Source of the DNA: a virus | Length of the DNA stretch: 60,409 nucleotides | Virus record (IMG/VR): IMGVR_UViG_3300045988_116135 | Strand: one strand, 5' to 3' | Shown here: piece by piece, positions 1 through 8,676 of the stretch | Layout: every line of letters begins with the position of its first letter | How positions within the stretch are numbered: the stretch's first letter is position 1 | Program-made: the position numbers and the translations under genes | The notes under the pieces: generated by a model | Seen by the model: only the letters and a program-made list of their open reading frames with translations | What the model was told of the DNA's origin: nothing | The model's database searches: none

Positions 1-99
1 CATAGGAGGAAAGCTAGCTCCCGATATCCAGCTGTTCATTTGTGATTGCAATTGTCATAAAAACGAGATAAACAGACATATTTATCAACAAAAAAAAAG
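1..99. repeat. Terminal direct repeat (nt 1-99 = nt 60311-60409); circular closure or assembly overlap
   Basis: Both ends read CATAGGAGGAAAGCTAGCTCCC...TTTATCAACAAAAAAAAG, 99/99 identical. An ORF reads through the junction. Confidence 0.95.
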
Positions 100-136
100 A
101 AAAGAAAATGGTAACAAAAGCAGATTTAAAAATTGA
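2..136 (+). CDS. 3' end of the wrap-around ORF that starts at 59964
   Basis: The frame of 59964.. continues as ...IGGKLAPDIQLFICDCNCHKNEINRHIYQQKKRKENGNKSRFKN, with stop TGA at 134-136. Confidence 0.6.
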   Translation: MGGKLAPDIQLFICDCNCHKNEINRHIYQQKKRKENGNKSRFKN

Positions 137-389
137 GGCCGCTCGTCTTGCGACGGAATCCGTAAATGAGGCGCGCGAAAAAGGGGAAAAATTGGAGTTT
201 ACTCCTTTAGCGGAAGAAATATATAACTTTCTTCAAAAGGATTTGGATTTGAAGGACACGGATGATCCTCAAGGTATGGTTTCGCAAGTGGCTTCTATGA
301 TTGGGGGGATGAATTGGAACAATATATCACCTAAACAAACAGAAGATGGATCAGACACGAAAGAGGATGTTGCAGGCGAAACGGCTTAA
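108..389 (+). CDS. Hypothetical acidic protein (93 aa)
   Basis: ATG-initiated ORF from the track. No recognisable motif. Confidence 0.5.
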   Translation: MVTKADLKIEAARLATESVNEAREKGEKLEFTPLAEEIYNFLQKDLDLKDTDDPQGMVSQVASMIGGMNWNNISPKQTEDGSDTKEDVAGETA

Positions 390-499
390 ACGATCATCCT
401 CGCATTTGGTTAGACCTCTCCCTTATCAAAGGGACACAACAGGTACAGGGTATATGTGGATAATCTTATTGTTTTTCTTATGGTGTCCACTCGTTAATA

Positions 500-640
500 A
501 TGAAAAAAGGTAAGCAACATACAGAAAAGAGAGAATCCTCCAGACGTGAACTAGATCGGTTGGTTGATTCTCTCGATTTCGAGCCTGTCAACTTTCATGA
601 GGTGATGGCCCGGATACGGCACTTGATGTGCCTGTTATAG
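500..640 (+). CDS. Possible small ORF (46 aa)
   Basis: Hand-translated as MKKGKQHTEKRESSRRELDRLVDSLDFEPVNFHEVMARIRHLMCLL. Below the track cutoff. Confidence 0.25.
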   Translation: MKKGKQHTEKRESSRRELDRLVDSLDFEPVNFHEVMARIRHLMCLL

Positions 641-1402
641 TCCAATATCGCTTAATAACCCACTGAATAGATGAGCGTAATACAGAGGTTGTGTTTCTTT
701 GGGATTGTTAGGGTTTACTTGGTTCTCCCCATATTTAAGCCCGGCAGCTGTCAAGGATTTGAACTTCTTCATGCCCTTGCTGGATTGTCGTTGCAAGGTC
801 GTTAACAACCCCTTTGCGGCCATTCTTGCGTTGAATGCCTGTGCGGATATTTTTAATCCGTTAATTCCCAGTAGTTCAGTGGCTGACAATAATTGATCCT
901 TGGATTCCGTATAGTCCGGGGTAGGCAAACCCAATGGATCGAGTATCTGCTTTGCCATGAGCAATTTAGAGCTATCATTTAAGTTTAGGAATTTTGCCGC
1001 CCACGAAGCCGCCTTCATTTTGTCGGATAGCGATAACGTTTGTTCCGTTGGTTTGTGAAATACCTTCCTATACACCTCGAAAACTGGTCTTACTTTTCTC
1101 GCTATAAAGAACTCCATACATGAAACGGTAAGTTTATAGTCAATCTTATTGTTTCCTCCCCAGCTTGTTTCATCTTGCTTGCCATTTTGGGCAAGCGTCT
1201 TGTAATCAACCCCCTCAATAAATTGTTCATTTGAAGTCAATGCTCTAACGGCCTTCCCTTTTTCAGAATAGACTAATGGCCAAACTTCGTCAAGATTGAT
1301 TGGAAACTCATCATCAGATTGAGCTAATTTTAAAACAGCCTTGAAATAACGTTTTATTTCATTCTCGCTACTATTCTTTGACAATATTAATTTTGATTCC
1401 AT
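635..1402 (-). CDS. Antirepressor-like protein (AntA-like N-terminal module plus KilAC/ANT-like C-terminal module)
   Basis: The N-terminal ~110 aa are paralogous to ORF 1422..2000 (EIKRYFKAVLKL..FPINLDEVWPLVY..MEFFIARKVRPVFEVYRKVFH). The C-terminus reads LSATELLGINGLKISAQAFNARMAAKGLL. Confidence 0.55.
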   Translation of the reverse strand: MESKLILSKNSSENEIKRYFKAVLKLAQSDDEFPINLDEVWPLVYSEKGKAVRALTSNEQFIEGVDYKTLAQNGKQDETSWGGNNKIDYKLTVSCMEFFIARKVRPVFEVYRKVFHKPTEQTLSLSDKMKAASWAAKFLNLNDSSKLLMAKQILDPLGLPTPDYTESKDQLLSATELLGINGLKISAQAFNARMAAKGLLTTLQRQSSKGMKKFKSLTAAGLKYGENQVNPNNPKETQPLYYAHLFSGLLSDIGL

Positions 1403-1421
1403 AATAACCTGATTTTAAAAT

Positions 1422-2000
1422 TTAAATGTTGAGTGATCTCTTGATCTCTTCCGTGATCCTTTTGGTTATACGCTCTTGATTCCATTCGTGCCATTCGGTA
1501 TACAGACCTTTTCCTACGAGATAAAAGAAACATGAGTTCTTTAGATCGGTTTCTTGCTGAGAGGTGATCTTGGCCCATTTAAGACGGTTCTCTAACATTG
1601 AGATATCCTTCTTTAGTTCTTGGATCTTTTTGCTTTCCAATGGGATTGATGCGTTTTTAGCTACAGTCGTATGAAAGACTTTCCGGTATACCTCGAACAC
1701 CGGGCGTATTTTCCGGGCGATAAAAAATTCCATGCAGGGCACGGATAGTCGATACTCGATCTTTGGCCTTCCTCCTTTTGGGTTTTGCGGATTTTGCCGC
1801 AAAACTTGATAGTCAATATCTTGCATGAATGTTTTCTGCAAGACATCTACGGCATCCGATCTCTTGTTGTACACTAAAGGATATACCTCGTCAAGGTTCA
1901 CGGGGAACTCTTGATCTGATTTTGACAGCTTGAGTACTGCCATGAAGTAGCGTCTGATTTCTACGGTGCTACTTTCTCTTGTAAGAATTGTTTGCTTCAT
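1422..2000 (-). CDS. Antirepressor-like paralog with a different C-terminal module
   Basis: The N-terminus is paralogous to 635..1402. The C-terminal 55 aa (ITSQQETDLKNSCFFYLVGKGLYTEWHEWNQERITKRITEEIKR) match the C-terminus of 6987..7436. Confidence 0.55.
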   Translation of the reverse strand: MKQTILTRESSTVEIRRYFMAVLKLSKSDQEFPVNLDEVYPLVYNKRSDAVDVLQKTFMQDIDYQVLRQNPQNPKGGRPKIEYRLSVPCMEFFIARKIRPVFEVYRKVFHTTVAKNASIPLESKKIQELKKDISMLENRLKWAKITSQQETDLKNSCFFYLVGKGLYTEWHEWNQERITKRITEEIKRSLNI

Positions 2001-2219
2001 CTGGTCTTCGCATTAGATGAATAAAAAAAGAGCAACCCCTCATAATCCTAGTTTGCGAAGACCACACATATCGTAGAGATACATGAACGGATTATGGGAG
2101 CTGCTTATACTTCTCTCATTCTCTACTGGACCACTCGCTTGCGGTGCCTATGTGTAATCTTCGCACCGCAAACTTACGAATTTTCCCGGAAAAGCAAGCG
2201 ATATCTTCTATTCTTTTTA

Positions 2220-2621
2220 TTATGAGCCTCCCTTGAAGGCTCGGTTAATACTATTCCTCAGATCGAGTATAGGCATCCAATTCCAATGGGTAACACAAAT
2301 TTTATCACCATTAGTATCATACCATTCATTACATTCTCTGCAATACCAACCCTGTTGTAAGTATTTAAAATAATCAGTACACCAGCAGCCAGTTATTACC
2401 AGATCTTCATCATCAGGTAACTTATCTTTTGTGCTTATCCACGGGAATTGCTTTGCCAGCCATTCGGCACCTGCTTTGAAGTCCTCACGACAATTATCTT
2501 TGCGAAGCACATAGTCATCCGCATCCACTTCTTTGAGAACATTCTTGCGAAAAAACGTTTTACCTATGGCGTAATCCTTTGCCGCTTCTTCTACTGTCTG
2601 TCTCTTATCAATCTTGCTCAT
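2220..2621 (-). CDS. Hypothetical protein, DUF551-like C-terminal half
   Basis: WISTKDKLPDDEDLVITGCW.. resembles the phage DUF551 pattern (recalled from memory). Confidence 0.4.
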   Translation of the reverse strand: MSKIDKRQTVEEAAKDYAIGKTFFRKNVLKEVDADDYVLRKDNCREDFKAGAEWLAKQFPWISTKDKLPDDEDLVITGCWCTDYFKYLQQGWYCRECNEWYDTNGDKICVTHWNWMPILDLRNSINRAFKGGS

Positions 2622-2623
2622 AT

Positions 2624-3127
2624 TTATTTATCTGTTAGGAATTTCTTATTCAAGTGCCCTTCTCTGATAAGCCATTCAGTCATATCAATGATAGCGCCAA
2701 AAAGGTTCTCTCTGCAATATGACTGGGCAAGGTTACTTCCTGCGGAATACTTTATCGTGAATTCTTTATCTCGTGGAAGTATGAATAGGTAATAGTTGTA
2801 TCCCTCACATTCTATTTGATCGGGCATCATGTTTATCAGCTTAGCCAAACTCCATGCTGGGACATCCTTGCCCCATAGATTGTCAAACACTTCTTCCCCC
2901 GTCATGTGTGTGCCATCAGGACGCCTATTAAAAGGCATTGCAAGTTTAGCTATTCTTTGCGGTGTCCAAAACTTACCTCTCAATGTAGGCGGTTTTGTTT
3001 GTAGTTCCCACTCCAACGTAGGCACTCGGCTTCTCGTAAAGTGATACGACATGTCCGCCGTCTCCGGTCTCACCCCGGCCTCTAATAGCCGGGATGATTG
3101 TTCTTTATTCGTGCAAATTTGATTCAT
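2624..3127 (-). CDS. Hypothetical protein (167 aa)
   Basis: ATG ORF, tightly packed with its neighbours. Confidence 0.6.
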   Translation of the reverse strand: MNQICTNKEQSSRLLEAGVRPETADMSYHFTRSRVPTLEWELQTKPPTLRGKFWTPQRIAKLAMPFNRRPDGTHMTGEEVFDNLWGKDVPAWSLAKLINMMPDQIECEGYNYYLFILPRDKEFTIKYSAGSNLAQSYCRENLFGAIIDMTEWLIREGHLNKKFLTDK

Positions 3128-3139
3128 GATTTCTATTTA

Positions 3140-3448
3140 TTAGCAAAATTTTAAATTCCATCTTTCCCTCAATTTGTTAATGTAAGATAAGTACCATTCA
3201 CGAGCTTTTTCCTTGGCTTTTTCTTCATCCTCAATACCTTCATAGAACTCATCTTCCTTGGAAAAAGGATCATGCTCAATAAATTCCTCGGTCTTGCAGA
3301 ACGGACAAGGGATATCACCCTCTCCATATAGTTCTCCGTTTTCGTTACATTTATCCAAATCCCATAAATATCCATTGATACAACGTGCGTCTGGATAAGA
3401 TGCGCCGAAAAAAGGAAACTCGGGACATTGTTTTATTTTCTCTTCCAT
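3140..3448 (-). CDS. Hypothetical Cys-rich protein (102 aa)
   Basis: CP..C..C..CPFC pattern in an ATG ORF. Confidence 0.55.
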   Translation of the reverse strand: MEEKIKQCPEFPFFGASYPDARCINGYLWDLDKCNENGELYGEGDIPCPFCKTEEFIEHDPFSKEDEFYEGIEDEEKAKEKAREWYLSYINKLRERWNLKFC

Positions 3449-3450
3449 AT

Positions 3451-3597
3451 CTACCCCTCCTGTATTATGACATCCCCATCCTTATCCGTGAACACTTCCA
3501 CTAAATCGTAGTAATATTGATCGTCGGACGTGCGGATCATTACCTCCGCTTCCGGGTCTTGCTCTTGTAATAGAGCGATTAGTTCTTTATTTCTCAT
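3451..3597 (-). CDS. Small hypothetical protein (48 aa)
   Basis: Hand-translated as MRNKELIALLQEQDPEAEVMIRTSDDQYYYDLVEVFTDKDGDVIIQEG. Its stop abuts the next start. Confidence 0.45.
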   Translation of the reverse strand: MRNKELIALLQEQDPEAEVMIRTSDDQYYYDLVEVFTDKDGDVIIQEG

Positions 3598-3620
3598 ATC
3601 AATTTGGATTAAATAGTTAA

Positions 3621-4268
3621 TTACCCGGCTTTCTCAAAAGCCTTATTGAACACCCTCGGATCAAGTATAGCGTTCGTTATCGCCGTGAACGCCTTCACGA
3701 TCTCGGGCTGCTCATTTAAGTTTATTTTCACGTCCTTCCCGGTGACCTCGCTTGATAACCGGTCACTTAGGAACTCTACCCTGCCCAAATCTAGATAGGA
3801 CAGGGGATTGTACGCCAACGGGACGATCCCCCGCATCCTTTCGCCGAAATCGTATATCGTGATCCTAGACATCTGCGCCAACATGTTTATCGTGGATGAC
3901 AGGGATGCGATCCGGTTAGATGAGCCCGATACCCCGTGATCCAGCAATATCTGGCTGATCGTATAGTAGTACCGGTCTATATGAGGTTGCACGTCCTCCT
4001 CCATGCTTTGCGTTATCTCGGCGAACGCCTCCTTGTTGGCCTTGGCTATCCGGAAGATGTTGGTGTTATAAGCGTTTATCCCCCTCTCGATAGCGTTGGC
4101 CGTCCGTTTTGCGTTATGCCTGTAGTGCTCGCTATTCCTTATGGCCTCCATGAGTGATACCGTGTAGTTATACACTTGGTCGTTCAAGAAAAGCACCATG
4201 TAGGTTAGTGAGGTGACAAGGCCGTTCGTGTCCTTGTCGATCTCTTCCCAATCGTTGTATTGCTTCAT
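3621..4268 (-). CDS. Hypothetical protein (215 aa)
   Basis: ATG ORF with no motif recognised. Confidence 0.6.
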   Translation of the reverse strand: MKQYNDWEEIDKDTNGLVTSLTYMVLFLNDQVYNYTVSLMEAIRNSEHYRHNAKRTANAIERGINAYNTNIFRIAKANKEAFAEITQSMEEDVQPHIDRYYYTISQILLDHGVSGSSNRIASLSSTINMLAQMSRITIYDFGERMRGIVPLAYNPLSYLDLGRVEFLSDRLSSEVTGKDVKINLNEQPEIVKAFTAITNAILDPRVFNKAFEKAG

Positions 4269-4271
4269 GAC

Positions 4272-4613
4272 TTATTTATCGAATTTGATTTGGTACAGGT
4301 GGAAACAATTCTCGTGCAGGTTAACAAATTCCTTACGTGGAGGGAATATCTGAGCTACCTGCATGCTGTCCGGCATAAACTTGTATCGTATCTCTTTCAG
4401 TTCGTAATATCCGAGCGTGTGATTGGCTGATACGGACAGATGCCATTCACCCATTTCCTTATTTATGAGAATATCCTTTCCTTTGTAGGTGAACATACCC
4501 GTCTCGTAGACTCCGTACTCATCCTCGATATGCTCATATATGAAATCGATCGGAAGCATCGTAAATGCCATTGGTAATGGCCGTTTATATTTCTTCAATT
4601 CCTCATTTGTCAT
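4272..4613 (-). CDS. Hypothetical protein (113 aa)
   Basis: ATG ORF, 3 nt from the next gene. Confidence 0.6.
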   Translation of the reverse strand: MTNEELKKYKRPLPMAFTMLPIDFIYEHIEDEYGVYETGMFTYKGKDILINKEMGEWHLSVSANHTLGYYELKEIRYKFMPDSMQVAQIFPPRKEFVNLHENCFHLYQIKFDK

Positions 4614-4657
4614 TTTCTCTGTTTTTTAATTTATCTCATCATAGATGAATGCAGTTT

Positions 4658-5401
4658 TCAACTATGATGAATGTCTTTCTTTAAATTGCTGTCGAATATT
4701 TTAATACACTCAAACAGGTATTTTGCCACTGTTGGATTTACCGCATTGCCGATACTTCCAACTCTGTGTGTCCAATTGGGAAACCCATCATCATTTCTAA
4801 CAATGCTATGCGCTGGGATTTCAAGAATCCTTTTTGCGCAAGTATATCCGACACTCGTATCTGATGTCCACTCTTTAAATATCGAGTTAAAGTATCCATC
4901 GTTGCAAATGTCGCTTTGTAATCCGATTTTATTGGAGTAGGCAATAAGGTAAAGTCTTTCCCTTTTATGTGGGTATCCAAAAGCGTAGTTTGATATACAT
5001 TGCCATTCCGCATTATACCCGATTTGGGAAAGGTCGCATAGGACCTGTTCGAGACCGGAAATAACGAGAGCTGGCGAGTTTTCAATGATGACGTATTTAG
5101 GTCTAACCTCCCGTACAATTCTATACATCTCACTCCATAAGCCGGACCGTTTCCCTTTAATACCTTCACGTTTTCCGGCAATACTGATGTCTTGACACGG
5201 AAATCCTCCACTAATGATGTCCACATATCCGGGGTTTGACAATTCTTTAATGTCCTCATATTGCTTTGTATTTGGAAAATGTTTTTTTAATATACTCCTC
5301 TGGAATGGCTCAATCTCACAGTTCCACAAAGTATCTATACCAACCCATTCCGCTCCGGTCTCAAATCCGCCCACGCCAGAAAATAATGATCCATGTGTCA
5401 T
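4658..5401 (-). CDS. dcm: DNA (cytosine-5)-methyltransferase, short phage type (247 aa)
   Basis: Motifs in order: FSGVGG (I), GGFPCQDIS (IV), RSGLW, IIENSPAL (VI), GYNAEWQ..GYPHKRERLYLIA (VIII), GFPNWT (IX), IGNAVNP (X). The start is set at MTHGSLFSG, which forms an ATGA overlap with the upstream gene. Confidence 0.9.
   Translation of the reverse strand: MTHGSLFSGVGGFETGAEWVGIDTLWNCEIEPFQRSILKKHFPNTKQYEDIKELSNPGYVDIISGGFPCQDISIAGKREGIKGKRSGLWSEMYRIVREVRPKYVIIENSPALVISGLEQVLCDLSQIGYNAEWQCISNYAFGYPHKRERLYLIAYSNKIGLQSDICNDGYFNSIFKEWTSDTSVGYTCAKRILEIPAHSIVRNDDGFPNWTHRVGSIGNAVNPTVAKYLFECIKIFDSNLKKDIHHS
4738..5259 (-). CDS. Embedded same-strand alternative-frame ORF (173 aa) inside dcm; possible overprinted gene
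   Basis: Longest same-strand alternative-frame ORF in the window. Ordered motifs: FRVKTS, SSLKTRQLSLF, FPKSGIMRNGNVYQ, LLPTPIKSD, RVSDIL, MMMGFPIGHTEL. These resemble a phage/ICE protein family, recalled from memory and not searched. Confidence 0.4.
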   Translation of the reverse strand: MRTLKNCQTPDMWTSLVEDFRVKTSVLPENVKVLKGNGPAYGVRCIELYGRLDLNTSSLKTRQLSLFPVSNRSYATFPKSGIMRNGNVYQTTLLDTHIKGKDFTLLPTPIKSDYKATFATMDTLTRYLKSGHQIRVSDILAQKGFLKSQRIALLEMMMGFPIGHTELEVSAMR

Positions 5402-5634
5402 ATCTCCTTGGTTTTGGCAAACACCACACTCTCGTAATCTGGCCTCAAATGGGCCATGCAAGCAGATGAGTATTCGCAGAATCTCGCACCCTCGTCCCGG
5501 AAGACGCATCCCCTGCACGGGATCTTGTTCTGACCGTTATAATACGGCCTGTACTTTTCCACGATAATTTTCATGTCTCCTACCAACACGATCAAACCGG
5601 TAGGGGTGTTTCTCAATCTCTCTGTTATTTCCAT
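5398..5634 (-). CDS. Hypothetical Cys-containing protein (78 aa)
   Basis: ATG ORF with a stop/start ATGA overlap with dcm. Confidence 0.6.
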   Translation of the reverse strand: MEITERLRNTPTGLIVLVGDMKIIVEKYRPYYNGQNKIPCRGCVFRDEGARFCEYSSACMAHLRPDYESVVFAKTKEI

Positions 5635-5635
5635 G

Positions 5636-6112
5636 TTACTCTATATCTGTTTTCTTTACCCTGTAATGTGTCCCATTGATCTCTTTAACGGCAAAGTCAG
5701 AGAACGTTGCCTCTCCCTTGGACACCATCTTGCATACGTCGTTGTAAGAGTATAGCTTGGCTCTCTTGTCAAACTTGATGATATCCGCTATGTTAAGCTC
5801 CTTGTAGTTGAAATTGTCAATAAGATGGTTGATAGCGTCATTAAGCCGTTTTGTGGTGAACTTATTCGCCCTTACCCTTTCCGCTAACAAATTGAAGAAC
5901 GGATCTCCCATTTTCGGGAATGCGGTCATCAATCTGCTGATAGATACGGCTATTTCTCGTGGATCAGCTAAATCCCCGGTATAGAGACTTACGCTACACT
6001 CACCGTTTGGATTCCTCGAAATCGGCTCTGGCGATTCCCTCTGCGATATTTCGAAGGAACTCGTTTGGATCACGGTTGCATTGTTGAGTATTTGCCCTAT
6101 TTTTGTTGTCAT
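5636..6112 (-). CDS. Hypothetical protein; start uncertain (alternative ATG at 5932)
   Basis: The ORF overlaps the upstream gene by 113 nt if it starts at 6112. Confidence 0.5.
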   Translation of the reverse strand: MTTKIGQILNNATVIQTSSFEISQRESPEPISRNPNGECSVSLYTGDLADPREIAVSISRLMTAFPKMGDPFFNLLAERVRANKFTTKRLNDAINHLIDNFNYKELNIADIIKFDKRAKLYSYNDVCKMVSKGEATFSDFAVKEINGTHYRVKKTDIE

Positions 6113-6872
6113 AATTACCTGATATTACTTTCTCGAAATTAGTTGGCTTGATAAGCCAGTCAAAAGAGGCTCGCCAGCCATTTTTATTCTGGCCTTTGAG
6201 AAAATCGCTGTTTAAAGCCATTTGTATCATCCTCGCGAAGGTTTCTTCCCCGTATGTCTTGATACGTGCGTTTATCATCCCTTTTCGCTTGTCTGACAGA
6301 GGCATCCGTATATTCCCGAACGCTCCTTGCGTTTTTTCATTGAAAAATTTGACAAGTTCCGCGTAATCAATCCGTCCATCGTGCGGCTGTGAAGTCGCAC
6401 ATACAGGAGATTCGTTAGAATCTTCTGTTATATTTTCCTCTTCCTTTTCCTCTTCCTTTATAGGCACTGATTGTTCAGTGAACGTTCTGTGATTAATCAG
6501 TGATTGTTCAGTGAATTTTGATAAGATATTGTCTAACTTGTTTTTAGGTATGTTCAAATCGTCAACATTCGGTCGGTTTATCACTTGATGCCGAGCGAAT
6601 TTAGGCAGATATATGAAATTCTCATTATTATAAGAGAACTGACATATAAATCCATTTGTCGCAAGCTCTGATAACCATTTCTCAAACTGTTGAACCTGAA
6701 TTTGGTCATACGGGAATATCTTAGACTTTAACCATATCGTGTCACCGATCACAACGCCGACATCATCGGAGAAAGTCCATAATCCTATGTATAGGAGTCT
6801 GGAGTCTCTGCTGATCTTACCTATTTTGGAATCGTCCCAGAATTTAGGCTTAATTGTCCTTATCCGTGCCAT
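6000..6872 (-). CDS. Replication initiation / replisome-organiser-like protein
   Basis: The N-terminus RIRTIKPKFWDD..LLYIGLWTFSDDVG fits the phage replisome-organiser pattern. The C-terminus WRASFDWLIKPTNFEKVISGNY fits the conserved phage C-terminal (Phg_2220_C-like) pattern. Confidence 0.6.
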   Translation of the reverse strand: MARIRTIKPKFWDDSKIGKISRDSRLLYIGLWTFSDDVGVVIGDTIWLKSKIFPYDQIQVQQFEKWLSELATNGFICQFSYNNENFIYLPKFARHQVINRPNVDDLNIPKNKLDNILSKFTEQSLINHRTFTEQSVPIKEEEKEEENITEDSNESPVCATSQPHDGRIDYAELVKFFNEKTQGAFGNIRMPLSDKRKGMINARIKTYGEETFARMIQMALNSDFLKGQNKNGWRASFDWLIKPTNFEKVISGNYDNKNRANTQQCNRDPNEFLRNIAEGIARADFEESKR

Positions 6873-6986
6873 GCTTATTTCTTTTTAGGTGTGTCATTTT
6901 TATGTAGTTTTATTTTTTAGACAATACAATATACTCCCCGGCCTAGACCGGGGCTTTTAAAATCTTAATACGTGAGTAGGGTAGGG

Positions 6987-7436
6987 CTATTTGATAGTCC
7001 TCTTGATCTCGTCCATCAACCTCTCTGTTATCCTCTTGTCGTGCCACTCATGCCATTCAGTGAATAGCCCCTTGGCGGCGATGAAGAAGAAGCATGAGTT
7101 CTTTAGCTCCGTCTCTTGCGAGGACGTGATGCGAGACCATCTGAGCTGTTCTTTCACGTGCTCCAATTCCTTGGAAAGTTGGTCGTTTTCCTTGGATAGG
7201 CGGTTGATCTTGATAGTTTGTTGACGTGCTGTTGGAGTACTCATAGCGCACCTCCTTTCTCCAATCCTGCGATAAATAAAGCGGATGAGCAACGCCTTGG
7301 AATATGCTTTAGCGTCTTCTATGGTTTCACACTTGCACACCTCACAGGGTAATGCGTTGTAGATACGGGCTAATGTAGCCCATGAGATAAGTTTACTATT
7401 ATTCGACTTAACTCCGATACTTTCTGTTCTTGGCAT
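6987..7436 (-). CDS. Hypothetical protein sharing a C-terminal module with 1422..2000
   Basis: ITSSQETELKNSCFFFIAAKGLFTEWHEWHDKRITERLMDEIKR. The track start at 7493 is TTG; the first ATG is at 7436. Confidence 0.5.
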   Translation of the reverse strand: MPRTESIGVKSNNSKLISWATLARIYNALPCEVCKCETIEDAKAYSKALLIRFIYRRIGERRCAMSTPTARQQTIKINRLSKENDQLSKELEHVKEQLRWSRITSSQETELKNSCFFFIAAKGLFTEWHEWHDKRITERLMDEIKRTIK

Positions 7437-7660
7437 TTCAGGACAAGTATTTGAGTAAATAATAAGAAAGGCTGTCGCCTCCCGTTCCGCCAAGAACAGT
7501 ACACACAGCGTGAGCAGTGGGTATCCAAAGGGAGTGACAGCCTTATATCTTTATGATATACGCTTTCAAATGAGCATAAAAATATACCCATTTACTCATG
7601 CTAATATGTCATGTTCTTGGCGTGAACACCGCAAAGATACAACTCAAATTCAAAATGCCA

Positions 7661-7693
7661 AACAAAAAGCGGGCAAAAATTAATTTGTCCGCT
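7661..7693 (-). terminator. Rho-independent terminator after 7719..8345
   Basis: On the minus strand, AGCGGACAAA-TTAATT-TTTGCCCGCT is followed by TTTTGTT. Confidence 0.6.
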
Positions 7694-7718
7694 CTCTATG
7701 ATTATGTATACCTTATGA

Positions 7719-8345
7719 TTACTCTTGTGGTATGTCTTTGTGTTCCGCTAAGTACATGTCACGCAAAGGTATGCTTAGGACGAAACATATATCCGGAAGA
7801 GATATGTCATATTTGGTGTCATCCCCCTTGTCATTCTTCAATATGTAAGTCGGTGAGTTGTACACGAAGTTTTTCATCCCGTTGAATATATCATCACCGG
7901 TTATAGCGTAGCAAACCATGCTTGCATAGTTCTCTACGTCAAAAGCGGTCTTTGGCTCTTGCTGATCAATCTTAGAGAAAAGGAGATCTTTGTTTTGTCT
8001 CAAGAATTCCTCACCCTTGATATCCTTGAATAGCCTTTCACCGTTCGCGTTTAATTTCCTTGGACTGTTTTTCATAGAGAATACATCTGAAGCGTTCTTA
8101 TGTTTCATTATCAAGATTGATTTTATAGCCACTATATCATCCTTTATGGCTGTTAAATCTCTCTTTATCTCAGATATGTCATTATCGTGCAACTCGCATT
8201 TAGCATTACAAGTGCGATTGTCTATATCTTGCAATGCCTTATTAAGCTCCCCTAATCTAAATGCCTTTTGAAGCATAAACCAGACACCTCCAAGAATGGC
8301 TACTATACATGTTGTTACCGCTCCTACAAGTTCCATTGTTATCAT
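7719..8345 (-). CDS. Membrane-anchored coiled-coil protein (208 aa), stand-alone transcription unit
   Basis: N-terminal TM segment ELVGAVTTCIVAILGGVWFML. It has its own terminator, and non-coding stretches of 225 and 331 nt flank it. Confidence 0.6.
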   Translation of the reverse strand: MITMELVGAVTTCIVAILGGVWFMLQKAFRLGELNKALQDIDNRTCNAKCELHDNDISEIKRDLTAIKDDIVAIKSILIMKHKNASDVFSMKNSPRKLNANGERLFKDIKGEEFLRQNKDLLFSKIDQQEPKTAFDVENYASMVCYAITGDDIFNGMKNFVYNSPTYILKNDKGDDTKYDISLPDICFVLSIPLRDMYLAEHKDIPQE

Positions 8346-8676
8346 GTGAAATATTAGTCACTTAATCTAGTATAATCTTTGCAACGCAAAAAAAATCCAC
8401 TGTTCAGCTATGGCCGTTATCCGATCGTGGCGTTACCATACCACTACCATGCTCAACAATGGACAGTATTTTTGAAAAAAAATGCCCAAGGGTTGACACA
8501 TCCATTATTCAATAGCGGCATTTGCAAGGACGCTTTCGGATGTGCGTAGCCATGAGCCTAATTATGATGCAAATGTAAAGCATATAAGACGAAACGCAAA
8601 GAATATAATCAATTTTATTTCATCGCATGTTATAAAACAGATCTTGTTCACATTCTAAATTCGATTCCATATTAAG

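Noticed and set aside
1-99. The 99-bp terminal repeat as a biological direct terminal repeat or cos site
   Set aside because: The exact 99-nt length, with an ORF reading cleanly through the junction, is more consistent with a circular-assembly k-mer overlap. This cannot be decided without reads.
4741-4806. MGFPIGHT in the embedded ORF as independent evidence for dual coding
   Set aside because: It is partly an artefact. The DNA GGGTTTCCCA reads G-F-P in both frames, and the dcm frame has its own motif IX (GFPNWT) here. This block therefore counts for less than the upstream blocks.
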